Positions 1-8,991 of a stretch of DNA of 64,000 nucleotides are shown here, piece after piece (the stretch's first letter is position 1; each line of letters starts with the position of its first letter). This DNA comes from a virus. A program made the position numbers and the translations under genes. The stretch spans positions 30,788 to 94,787 of IMG/VR virus record IMGVR_UViG_3300023242_000004; one strand, 5' to 3'. Under the pieces are notes generated by a model, which saw only the letters and a list, made by a program, of their open reading frames with translations, made no database searches and had not been told where the DNA came from.

Positions 1-208
1 GTTGAGTTAAACCGAGATAACGTTCTTGTTTAACGTTATCTAATTGGTTTACGATAGCCGCTGACACCCCCTCTGAATCAAAGTGCGGTTCAATCGATGA
101 AAGGGTTGTCGTAACCGACTTATAAGTCTTACCAGTTACCCTGTGATGGTATTTATGTTCTATTGGCTCTAGAAATACTGGCCCTTCCCATAATTTAGCT
201 TTACTCAT
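1..208 (-). CDS. PD-(D/E)XK / Cas4-like phage exonuclease, 5' part (runs off window)
   Basis: Not in the ORF track. ATG at 208 reads MSKAKLWEGPVFLEPIEHKYHHRVTGKTYKSVTTTLSSIEPHFD, matching the F-x-E-x2-H-x-Y...SVTT...P-x-FD N-terminus of phage exonucleases. A TAnnTTTG promoter lies upstream. Confidence 0.65.
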   Translation of the reverse strand, partial: MSKAKLWEGPVFLEPIEHKYHHRVTGKTYKSVTTTLSSIEPHFDSEGVSAAIVNQLDNVKQERYLGLTQ

Positions 209-222
209 ATTTACTTTTATTA

Positions 223-253
223 CAAAGATACGAAATTTTATTCTACATTGCAA
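223..253 (-). promoter_or_regulatory. Bacteroidota-type housekeeping promoter (TTG ... TAnnTTTG)
   Basis: Minus strand TTG(253-251)...TATCTTTG(230-223), 14 nt upstream of the ATG at 208. Confidence 0.6.
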
Positions 254-275
254 GTATTTATATTAAAAGAATACC

Positions 276-662
276 ATGAAAGATTTTATTAAAGAACAAT
301 TTAGAAAAGCAATATTGGAATCTGAAAACGAAAAAATTGATACTTCTAAGATAAAAATAAAAAGACAAATAGTGAATAATTTGTTAGTTTTTATACCTTT
401 TTATGAAAACGAAAGAATGGGTGGTTTTAGACTTAAACCCTTTGAAGATGGTTATAAAATATTTGGAGTGGTACTCTATGATAAATTTAGAAATAAAGGT
501 TTGGGTAAAGGGATATATAAATATATTATTAGAACACTCTCCAAAGAACATAAAAAATTATATTCTGACAATTATTTATCACCAGACGCAAAAAATGTAT
601 GGGGTAGTTTAGTGTCTAATGGTTTTGCAACTAGTACGGACAATGGTTTCGTATCCATTTAA
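276..662 (+). CDS. GNAT-family acetyltransferase-like protein
   Basis: Acetyl-CoA motif A-like FRNKGLGKGIY and SPDAKNVW. Preceded by TATTTATA at 255-262. Confidence 0.6.
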   Translation: MKDFIKEQFRKAILESENEKIDTSKIKIKRQIVNNLLVFIPFYENERMGGFRLKPFEDGYKIFGVVLYDKFRNKGLGKGIYKYIIRTLSKEHKKLYSDNYLSPDAKNVWGSLVSNGFATSTDNGFVSI

Positions 663-1615
663 TATACATCTTTATCCTCTGGTTTAAAAGCACCCATAAG
701 GAGTTTAGTTATACCCTTATTACCTAAATTTTCGTAAATCTTAGATGGGTCATAACCTTCTGGTGTGCTAACTAATTTTATTCTACCTCTTAAGTTACCA
801 AAATTTAATTGTTGATACAAAATTTTAGCGTCTTCCCACGCATCACCATCTAAAACAATCACAACAAAACCAGATGATTTATCATGTAATAACTCTAAAA
901 GTTTGTTTGAGATAAATTTACCTAGTAATGGGATAGAATTTGGTGTTACTATATTATCAGTTGCGCCCTCAACCAAATAAATAGTTGCATCTAAGTTTAA
1001 TCGCCCTTCGTTAAATATAATTTCTTGTTTTTCAGCATCTGGATTTAGATACTTTAATTTTGTATATTCTTTACCAAACCATCTAGCAATAAAATAATTT
1101 AATTCGCCTTCCGAATCGTAAGACGGAATGATTACCCTATTGAAGAATTTTCCACGATAAGTATAACCAATATCGTATTCATCTATGATATCATCTGTGA
1201 TACCTCTGGTTTTTAAATAATTTAACGCTAAATTTGCTTTGTAGTCTTTTTCTGTGCAGTCAGATAATCGTTTATACCCTTCTGGTAATGTTAATAATAC
1301 TCGTTCACGTTCTATATTGGTAATAAATTCAGCATCTGGTTTTACCAATAAATAATCTCGAATATTTTTAGGTGTTGCGTATTTTTTTAAAAGTTTTAAA
1401 ACTGGGCCACGCATATGGTTAACTTCATGACATGACCAACATTTAAACTTGTTCATTTGGTAGTTAATCTCTAAATTACCTTTACCATCACCATCTATTA
1501 AACCTTTTTCAGCAGAACATGCTGGACAATCAAATGCGATTTGCCCAGTGTCTTCATTATGTTTTCTAGTTTCGCCTAAAAAACTTTCTAATATGTTAAC
1601 CAATAACATTGCCAT
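659..1615 (-). CDS. DNA primase (Zn finger + TOPRIM)
   Basis: CPAC...CWSC zinc ribbon, YLKTRGI, KYLNP, TOPRIM motifs YLVEGATD and VLDGD. Confidence 0.9.
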   Translation of the reverse strand: MAMLLVNILESFLGETRKHNEDTGQIAFDCPACSAEKGLIDGDGKGNLEINYQMNKFKCWSCHEVNHMRGPVLKLLKKYATPKNIRDYLLVKPDAEFITNIERERVLLTLPEGYKRLSDCTEKDYKANLALNYLKTRGITDDIIDEYDIGYTYRGKFFNRVIIPSYDSEGELNYFIARWFGKEYTKLKYLNPDAEKQEIIFNEGRLNLDATIYLVEGATDNIVTPNSIPLLGKFISNKLLELLHDKSSGFVVIVLDGDAWEDAKILYQQLNFGNLRGRIKLVSTPEGYDPSKIYENLGNKGITKLLMGAFKPEDKDVY

Positions 1616-1619
1616 TCGA

Positions 1620-1650
1620 CAAAGGTACGAAATTAAAATTGTTTTTCCAA
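1620..1650 (-). promoter_or_regulatory. Bacteroidota-type promoter upstream of primase
   Basis: TACCTTTG at 1627-1620 with TTG about 21 nt upstream. Confidence 0.55.
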
Positions 1651-1672
1651 ATAATTTTAATTTTGATTTGGT

Positions 1673-2332
1673 TTACCTAGGCCAAACACTTATTTTATTC
1701 ATATAACCTATAGCACAAGCATAGGCATCACTCATGTCGAAATTTTCTTTTTTTAGTTTATTTTTTTTATCTAAAATCCATTTTATTTGCGGTTCTAAAT
1801 CACATACATTTTCGAAAATCACCATTTTCTTGTCAACATCAAATGGGTAACCCCCAAACAACACAGGAGCGTTTTTAGCTATTTGTTTATCAGCTAAAGG
1901 TGTTCCATCTTTTTTTGCTTTTCTAACGACCATAAGTTCTGGAAATGCGTATTTACGTGCATCGTAAGAAGATATGAACTCTGGTACAATACCTAAAGCA
2001 TCGTAAACGGATTTTGAAATCATCCCGTTAAACCTTAATAAGGTCGCAATTGTGTAAACATTGTTAGACTGAAGTAGTGGTTCTTCGATAACAACCCTAG
2101 TAATACCAAAATCACTATAGTGTGAAAGAAACTCATTTTCAAATATTTCAATTTTCCTAAACAATTCTTCCGTTTTTGTTTCTGGTTTTGGTTTAACTTT
2201 TGGAGATACATGGTGTAAGAGTTTTAATTTACCCTTGTTACCCATATCTTCAAATAATGAAATACCAATGGTTGAAGTTGATACATCCAGACTTAAAAGA
2301 AATTCTGGTTCTTTTTCTATTTTATTTTTCAT
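1673..2332 (-). CDS. RuvC-like Holliday junction resolvase (likely true start ATG 2332)
   Basis: RNase H-fold acidic motifs LSLDVSTSTIG, VVIEEP and DMSDAY. The upstream extension in the ORF track overlaps an endonuclease relic. Confidence 0.8.
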   Translation of the reverse strand: MKNKIEKEPEFLLSLDVSTSTIGISLFEDMGNKGKLKLLHHVSPKVKPKPETKTEELFRKIEIFENEFLSHYSDFGITRVVIEEPLLQSNNVYTIATLLRFNGMISKSVYDALGIVPEFISSYDARKYAFPELMVVRKAKKDGTPLADKQIAKNAPVLFGGYPFDVDKKMVIFENVCDLEPQIKWILDKKNKLKKENFDMSDAYACAIGYMNKISVWPR

Positions 2333-2551
2333 AATTTTTATATTTCCATTTAAAACCATATGCTGTTTTTGCAAACCCACCACAACACATTCTTATACTT
2401 TTTGCTGGTATATTTAATACTTCGCTAGCTGTAATTGAACAACTGAATTCGTTAATTAAATTATTATCCATATCAAATTGTTGTACTAATTTTGCTTTCG
2501 GGTGTTTTTCACCAGTATTAACGCCAATAAAAATTCTGGTTCTTTAATCAT
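2322..2551 (-). pseudogene. Homing endonuclease relic (NUMOD1/HTH C-terminus) preceded by a duplicate of the resolvase N-terminus
   Basis: 2525-2322 reads GVNTGEKHPKAKLVQQFDMDNNLINEFSCSITASEVLNIPAKSIRMCCGGFAKTAYGFKWKY. 2551-2519 reads MIKEPEFLLAL. Confidence 0.75.
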
Positions 2552-2596
2552 AACGCTTTTTACATTAATTTAACACACAAACAAAAAAAATAAACC

Positions 2597-3799
2597 TTAA
2601 AGAGTTATTTTTATCCCCAAAGCCAAAAATTCGTTAACATTTTTTATTATATGACGGTCTGTTTTAGCTACAGCAATTAAATTACCTACATCATCAAATA
2701 AACCAACCTCACTAATTCTAGGTATATCTCCAATATCAAAAGTAGGGTTTGTTGTTGAACCAAACTCACCTCTGTCAGCTATACATGTTATGCTTTGATA
2801 TACATTTGTTGAAACACTATTAAACATTACTGTCGTCGCTGTTGAAGCAGATTGATTAAAATTATTTACTATTGTTTGGTCTGTAATTACCGCAAATCCT
2901 TTGTCTAAATAAACTATCCCAACCAATGTGTCGGCTGTAACACCTAAATTAGAATTTGTTTGAAAATTGTATGTTTGTTTTTGGTTTAATGAGAAAGGTT
3001 TTTCCGTATTATAACCTGTAGCCCAACTTTTAGATACATCACCACCGTTTGGTTTCATGATATCATCAGAAACCAAAGCAGCGACATTATTACCAAATTG
3101 GTTAGTTTGCAATGCGTTATCTGAGATAAAATTATCTAATGTTATCAATGTATTATTACCACCTAAATAGGTAGAATAAATAGTATACGTCCCAGCAGAT
3201 GTTGGTAGTTCAAGTTTAAATGTTTTACCATCAATACACTCACCGTAGTTATTGTTATTTATTGCAATTACAAGTATTTTTGTTGCACTAAAAGCACTTA
3301 AAGCAGTATTGGAGTAACCACCATTCGTGTAAGTAACTCCAGTATATTTTGTATCATCATTAGTATTTAAAGGTAAACCGAATGAATAAAATAAATTAAC
3401 CAAGTTATCAGTAGCTATGTTATTTCTATTAACTAAAGATTGTGATAAATTACCAGCATCAACTGTAACCACACCATTAGGTATTATTTCGGACAAAACA
3501 TTAATTGATTGAGAAGAAACAGGTTTGGTTAACATACCGCTAGAGTTTACTATAAGCATACTTTTCATACCAATAGATTGTGTTGTACTATTACTAATTG
3601 TAGCGTTAGTACCAATATCACCACCAATTCCAGGTATTTCACCCGTGCCTAGTGTTAAGTTAGTGTGGTAATTAGCATCTGAATCGCCAAAACTAAAAGT
3701 TTTGATTAATGCATTATTGGTAGACACGATTTTTTGTCTACCAAGTGGAGTTAACTTAGCCGTTAGCGTAAGTGTTGTTGCAGTGTTATTAAATCCCAT
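2597..3799 (-). CDS. Virion tail/baseplate protein with tail-collar-fibre (DUF3751-like) termini (likely start MGFNN, 3799)
   Basis: N-terminal AKLTPLGRQKI and C-terminal ISEVGLFDDVGNLIAVAK motifs. Confidence 0.6.
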   Translation of the reverse strand: MGFNNTATTLTLTAKLTPLGRQKIVSTNNALIKTFSFGDSDANYHTNLTLGTGEIPGIGGDIGTNATISNSTTQSIGMKSMLIVNSSGMLTKPVSSQSINVLSEIIPNGVVTVDAGNLSQSLVNRNNIATDNLVNLFYSFGLPLNTNDDTKYTGVTYTNGGYSNTALSAFSATKILVIAINNNNYGECIDGKTFKLELPTSAGTYTIYSTYLGGNNTLITLDNFISDNALQTNQFGNNVAALVSDDIMKPNGGDVSKSWATGYNTEKPFSLNQKQTYNFQTNSNLGVTADTLVGIVYLDKGFAVITDQTIVNNFNQSASTATTVMFNSVSTNVYQSITCIADRGEFGSTTNPTFDIGDIPRISEVGLFDDVGNLIAVAKTDRHIIKNVNEFLALGIKITL

Positions 3800-3800
3800 A

Positions 3801-5936
3801 TTAAAAGTCCATTGATAATTCAATCATTATTATATTACCACTAACTAAAGGAACTGGATTAGATAATTTACCAATACATACAAGATTTTTATCTGCATCG
3901 TAAATTCCTACCTCAGTAATTTTAATATTTGGTGGGTTTGTTAACAAATCTTTGCTTCTAGTTGGGTTAGTAGTCGTATTAAACAGGCTAGCGTCAACTC
4001 TAATATCGAAGATTGTTTTGTATATTGTTGCACCGATGAATGTTGTTAAATTTCCATAAAAGAATCTTTCATCACCGAATTGTAATTCTTCTGGTTGTGT
4101 GTTTGCTGGTAAATTTAACGCAGCGATAACACTAAATATATCTGCTGATATATCTTTTAATTTATCTATAATAAACCCAGTTGTTGTTGGTGTTTGACCT
4201 TCTAATAATTTAGGGTCAATTGTTTCACCAACAACACCAGTAATTGCAGTGGTTGTAAAATCAAAAGTTTTCCAAGCTCCTGGGTCTGGACGGTCAGTTT
4301 GGTCTTGAACCATTTGATAAACTAATTTGAAGTTGTCAGCATAAAAACCATAACCATCATAACCAGTTTCTAATTTACGCATGTAAGGAAATAAATCCAT
4401 TTGATTTATTCTAAAAGAAACATCTTTAGATGATTCTGTGTTATTTGTTATTTTAACATATTCTTGGCAAGCCATAGAAGTCGTTAAACCAGTAGCCCTA
4501 GTGTTTTCTAAAATATATGTTAAGTACATTGTGTCGTTTACCGCTAATAAACCATTAGACGTACCACCAGTAGGTGCTTGTAAGGTTGCAGCTAATTCTG
4601 GGAGCGTCCAATTTCTATTTGATTTATAAGAAGTTGCAGCAACAATTTCATCATCATGAATAACACATGTTTTTAATTGTGGGTAAACCCTACCAACCAC
4701 TTTAGGTATTGATGTCGAGGCAATCGAAGTAGGATTTTCAATTAAATCAACGTATTCAATGTCGTTATTAGACATTAATTGTGTTGCACCTGTCGCAATA
4801 AACGTCATACCCATAGATGTTCCACTACCAGTAGCACCAGAATGTCTATGATACATTAAATCTGGCATATACAAACTCAAATACTTACCAGATACTGAAT
4901 CAGTGTAAAAGAATTCACCATATAAATTAGATATAGTATTATTCGTGTAGTGAATAATAGAAATAGATTTAACCACATCGTCTGGATAACTTAAACCTGG
5001 ACCGTTACAATTAAATGTTAGTGTTTGGCCAGTTGATTGACAAAGATATTCCATGTAAGGGTTTTTAGAACCTAAATATCTATACGAACCAAACTTAGTG
5101 TAGTTTTCGTATTCATTAGTAATAGACAAACCAGTAATCCCAGCAATATCTTCACACCAAACATTATTCATATTCCAAACTGGGACATCGTGACACGTAA
5201 CGTTTACGTTTGAATCAAAAGACAAAGTACCAGAATCCCAATAAGCTGTCGTTGTCCCAGTAGCGATAGTTTCATAAACCTCACCACCTCTATAAACAAT
5301 AACTTGGCTTGACGAAGTTTGAGCAGATAAATTTGGTAAGTTTCTATCTACAGTAACATACCCAATTCCAGTTGCTTTAACTTTGAACCAAAGATTCGGA
5401 AGCGCTCTAGTATTTTCATTATTGATAATATCACCAATTGTATCGTTCGCCAATTTAATCAACACAATATCACCAACATTTATGTTGGTAGTTGTGATAG
5501 CAAAGCTAGTTCCACCTGTAAAAACTGAATTAAATACGTTTGTAAAATATGGTGTGTAAGTTGACCCTGTAAGCGTTGTAAATGTTGAACCAGAACGTTG
5601 AAAAAACCCTCTTTCGTCAGCTTCATTGTTAACAATTGCTTTGACAACATTTAAAACTGAACCATTAACTGTTTGGAATGGGTCGCTCGCACCTTTTGGT
5701 GTGATAAATGTCTTTATATTTGGTTGTCTATCAAATGGTCTGAACACAGCACTAGTTGCTGATAATGTTGCGTCAGTAGGGTTTGCATCCACAATAGCTT
5801 CTCTATTGTAGTTAATTTCAGAATCCCCAATTGCCCAGTAATTAAAATTTAATTTACCTTGGGCCAATTGCTCACGTCCTTTTTGTGTTAACTTTATGCT
5901 AACAAACGGACTTGTGTTTTTAATTATGTAACTCAT
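3801..5936 (-). CDS. Virion tail/baseplate protein, paralog of the downstream gene
   Basis: IKLTQKGREQLA...GDSEINY and ITEVGIYDADKNLVCIGK. Confidence 0.6.
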   Translation of the reverse strand: MSYIIKNTSPFVSIKLTQKGREQLAQGKLNFNYWAIGDSEINYNREAIVDANPTDATLSATSAVFRPFDRQPNIKTFITPKGASDPFQTVNGSVLNVVKAIVNNEADERGFFQRSGSTFTTLTGSTYTPYFTNVFNSVFTGGTSFAITTTNINVGDIVLIKLANDTIGDIINNENTRALPNLWFKVKATGIGYVTVDRNLPNLSAQTSSSQVIVYRGGEVYETIATGTTTAYWDSGTLSFDSNVNVTCHDVPVWNMNNVWCEDIAGITGLSITNEYENYTKFGSYRYLGSKNPYMEYLCQSTGQTLTFNCNGPGLSYPDDVVKSISIIHYTNNTISNLYGEFFYTDSVSGKYLSLYMPDLMYHRHSGATGSGTSMGMTFIATGATQLMSNNDIEYVDLIENPTSIASTSIPKVVGRVYPQLKTCVIHDDEIVAATSYKSNRNWTLPELAATLQAPTGGTSNGLLAVNDTMYLTYILENTRATGLTTSMACQEYVKITNNTESSKDVSFRINQMDLFPYMRKLETGYDGYGFYADNFKLVYQMVQDQTDRPDPGAWKTFDFTTTAITGVVGETIDPKLLEGQTPTTTGFIIDKLKDISADIFSVIAALNLPANTQPEELQFGDERFFYGNLTTFIGATIYKTIFDIRVDASLFNTTTNPTRSKDLLTNPPNIKITEVGIYDADKNLVCIGKLSNPVPLVSGNIIMIELSMDF

Positions 5937-5992
5937 GTTTTATAAATGTCTTTTTCTTTATTTTACTTATAAATATCCAATAGTAAATAATA

Positions 5993-7423
5993 TTAATACG
6001 AATTTATCGAATTACTTTGAATTATTACTGGAATTATTTCACTATATGCTGTACTGTTGACGTTATCACCACAAATAGTTGTGTAATTTTTTTCATTTTT
6101 TACTCTATAGTATAAAGTATCACCTACTGTTCCATTAGCAATGAAACCTTGACTATAATAACTAATACCAACTTGATAATCTGTAATACCACTATAATAT
6201 AATGAATTAAACGTATCACCAGTCGATACCTCTAGAATAAAATAACCATTTTGAATAGTTGGTGATTCTCTTATACCCCAAGATACAATTGGTGTGTTTG
6301 TGTTTAAACCCATAGAAGAGGTGGCTCTAGGAAAATACACTATTGTAATAATATCGTTAACTATCACTGTGCCTTGAAGAATAATTCTTTTTGGGTTAGT
6401 GATTGATTGGAAGTGGTCTATATTATTAGCTAACGTAGCTCCATTCAACATTACTATAACACTACCACCATCCTGTGGTGTTATTGAAGTATAAATTTCA
6501 TATTTATCAGTATTTGTGTTAAAATAAACCTCACTAGAGCCTTGACTATCTGTTACACCACTCACAATAGGTGTCTTTATATTTATGTTATCACTTACCA
6601 TATTGTAACCACCACTAGTTGAATAAATAACTGTAATTATGTCGTTAGAAAAAGTTTCACCGCTCAAATATACTACATTACCAGAAAAAGAATAATCTTC
6701 ACCTAGAGCTAAAACCAAACCATTTAACGTAACAACAAAATCACCAATAACACCATTTTGAACATTAAAGGTTACTTGCCCATCACTAGGTATAATTACT
6801 TGTTGCGTTAATTGACCTATTTCAGCTGAGTTGCTACTATTTTGGGTTAAAATAGGTGTTTCGGCTTGTTTCATCGCCATAAAATAATAATCAAATTTTT
6901 TGTTGTAAATACCATATTCTGTTCCGTAAATAAATGTTGATGTGTCGACATTTTTGTTTAATTTACCCAAAAAATCAGTACATACACCAAAAGAATAATA
7001 TGGTTTAATTATATATTCACCATCAAGTGTTAAACCACTAGATGGAACATATTGTGTAGTCATATTGGTAGCACTAAATGTTGAATAATTTAGTGTTTCT
7101 GATTTATATACAGGTGTTGAACTAAACCCACTAAAAATATCTGAATATTTATAGATTTCAAATCTAAACAACGCACTAGTGTCAATAAAAGAGCTAGTGT
7201 TTGCTGTAAAATCAAATGTTAGAGGAATATTTTGTGTAGCAGCGGTAATAATATAAGAAGTACCGCTAGTTGAACCAATACAATCTATTTTAGATGCACC
7301 ACTAAGTGAATATTGTGGGCTTTGAAAAACACAAATATCTGAACTCATGTTGACATTCAGAATATCTTTGTTTCTCACAGCACCATTTTCATTTTGAACA
7401 TATATTGGTTCTTGATGTCTCAT
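5993..7423 (-). CDS. Virion structural protein with repeated beta-sandwich modules
   Basis: Two V-x-LNG...D(Y/H)...DIITxxY repeats and an FN3-like YYRVK end, within the structural cluster. Confidence 0.5.
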   Translation of the reverse strand: MRHQEPIYVQNENGAVRNKDILNVNMSSDICVFQSPQYSLSGASKIDCIGSTSGTSYIITAATQNIPLTFDFTANTSSFIDTSALFRFEIYKYSDIFSGFSSTPVYKSETLNYSTFSATNMTTQYVPSSGLTLDGEYIIKPYYSFGVCTDFLGKLNKNVDTSTFIYGTEYGIYNKKFDYYFMAMKQAETPILTQNSSNSAEIGQLTQQVIIPSDGQVTFNVQNGVIGDFVVTLNGLVLALGEDYSFSGNVVYLSGETFSNDIITVIYSTSGGYNMVSDNINIKTPIVSGVTDSQGSSEVYFNTNTDKYEIYTSITPQDGGSVIVMLNGATLANNIDHFQSITNPKRIILQGTVIVNDIITIVYFPRATSSMGLNTNTPIVSWGIRESPTIQNGYFILEVSTGDTFNSLYYSGITDYQVGISYYSQGFIANGTVGDTLYYRVKNEKNYTTICGDNVNSTAYSEIIPVIIQSNSINSY

Positions 7424-7665
7424 TAGTAATTTATTTCTAGCGTAATCATTGTTTTATTATAACTATTCTGTAAACCAAAAGATTGTGGAATAGTCAAAGC
7501 AGTTGTTTCTTCTGCTTTTGTTAAATTCTGTAAATATCCGACAAAACCGTTCAAGTTAATGAAATCTTCTTGTTGTATCTCACCTGTAATATTAGAAATA
7601 TAACGAATATTATCTATAACATTCGTTAACACTTCACCTTGTATGTTTTTAATTAATTTAGGCAT
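7423..7665 (-). CDS. Hypothetical protein
   Basis: Tightly packed between co-oriented genes; stop overlaps the next start. Confidence 0.6.
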   Translation of the reverse strand: MPKLIKNIQGEVLTNVIDNIRYISNITGEIQQEDFINLNGFVGYLQNLTKAEETTALTIPQSFGLQNSYNKTMITLEINY

Positions 7666-7669
7666 AATA

Positions 7670-8893
7670 TTATGGTTTTAGATAAACTGCTCTAGAACCT
7701 CTTAACAAATAAAGACCACCAGAAGGCATCGATGTATCTACATCAGCTTGAGCGTCATCATCGTATGGTCCGTATGTTTTAATACTTAATCTATCAACAT
7801 ATGTCGAATTAGCCACACTACTCTTAATACTAGCACCTAAAACAATCGTATTAATTTGTCCCGCTGTTGAATTTAAACCATGAACAAATGAATAAGTACC
7901 AAGAGCAGTGCTGCCAGAACCACCAGCGTGTGATGATTTACCACTAGCTAGTGTGTTTTGACCTTCAGCGTGTGATGTAAAACCACTAGCTACCGTGCCT
8001 TGACCTTCAGCATGTGAATAATCACCACTAGCTAGTGTGCTTTGACCTTCAGCGTGTGAAGAATCACCACTAGCTACCGTTGAATTACCTTCAGCATGTG
8101 AAAAATTCCCATTAGCTTGCGTGAATTCACCTTCAGCGTGTGAAGAATCACCACTAGCTACCGTTGAATTACCTTCAGCATGTGAAAAATTCCCATTAGC
8201 TTGCGTGAATTCACCTTCAGCGTGTGATGCTTCACCACTAGCTTGTGTTGAATTACCTTCAGCATGTGAAGAATTCCCACTAGCTATTGTATCACTACCT
8301 TCAGCATGTGATGCTCCACCACTAGCTACCGTTGCACCACCTTCAGCGTGACTATTATCCCCAGACGCTGTTGTGCTTTGACCTTCAGCGTGTGATGCTC
8401 CACCACTAGCTACCGTTGAATTACCTTCAGCATGTGACGCATAACTAATAGCTTGCGTTAATTCACCTTCAGCGTGTGATGCTCCACCACTAGCTTGTGT
8501 TGAATTACCTTCAGCATGTGAAGAATTCCCACTAGCTATTGTGCCTCGACCTTCAGCGACTGCATAGTCACCTGTTGCATCTAACCCAGTACCGTTAATA
8601 GCTTTGATTGAACCAACACCCGCTGAACCAGTTACCCAAATAGTATCTCCAATTGAGAAACCAGTTACGCTAAACGTACCACCAGTATTGTTGGTAAAAG
8701 TAGTAACACCATTTGTGTAAGTACCACCTGTAACTGTTACATCAGTGGGCAAAGTTATATTATCCAAAAGTTGTTGAACTGTAGCTTTATAAGAACTACC
8801 GTTAGGGTCTTGTGATTGGTCATTTACCAAAACAATGTGGAGAACATCATCCAAACCAACTGAAGGGGCTGTATTTCTACTAGTTAATTTCAT
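7670..8893 (-). CDS. Tail fibre/adhesin with YadA-head-like 14-aa repeats
   Basis: About 17 units of xASGxxSHAEGxxT. Confidence 0.75.
   Translation of the reverse strand: MKLTSRNTAPSVGLDDVLHIVLVNDQSQDPNGSSYKATVQQLLDNITLPTDVTVTGGTYTNGVTTFTNNTGGTFSVTGFSIGDTIWVTGSAGVGSIKAINGTGLDATGDYAVAEGRGTIASGNSSHAEGNSTQASGGASHAEGELTQAISYASHAEGNSTVASGGASHAEGQSTTASGDNSHAEGGATVASGGASHAEGSDTIASGNSSHAEGNSTQASGEASHAEGEFTQANGNFSHAEGNSTVASGDSSHAEGEFTQANGNFSHAEGNSTVASGDSSHAEGQSTLASGDYSHAEGQGTVASGFTSHAEGQNTLASGKSSHAGGSGSTALGTYSFVHGLNSTAGQINTIVLGASIKSSVANSTYVDRLSIKTYGPYDDDAQADVDTSMPSGGLYLLRGSRAVYLKP
7870..8583. repeat. 42-bp coding tandem repeat, including an exact 84-bp-period duplication (8045-8227)
   Basis: Recurrent ccttcagc(g/a)tgtga and ccactagct every 42 nt. 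Confidence 0.9.
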
Positions 8894-8991
8894 TTTTTAT
8901 TTTCTTTTATATATAAATATATTATTTTATTGAAATAAGGTCTTTATTTCGTTTAAATAAAAACGCACTTGTTTTTAAATTTATCTTTTTA

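Noticed and set aside
2333-2383. N-terminal extension of the resolvase in the ORF track
   Set aside because: It is an off-frame reading of the NUMOD1 relic; ATG 2332 is the better start.
7870-8583. CRISPR array or DGR template/variable repeat
   Set aside because: The repeats are in-frame 42-nt coding units without unique spacers or A-specific mismatches, and there is no RT or cas gene in the window.
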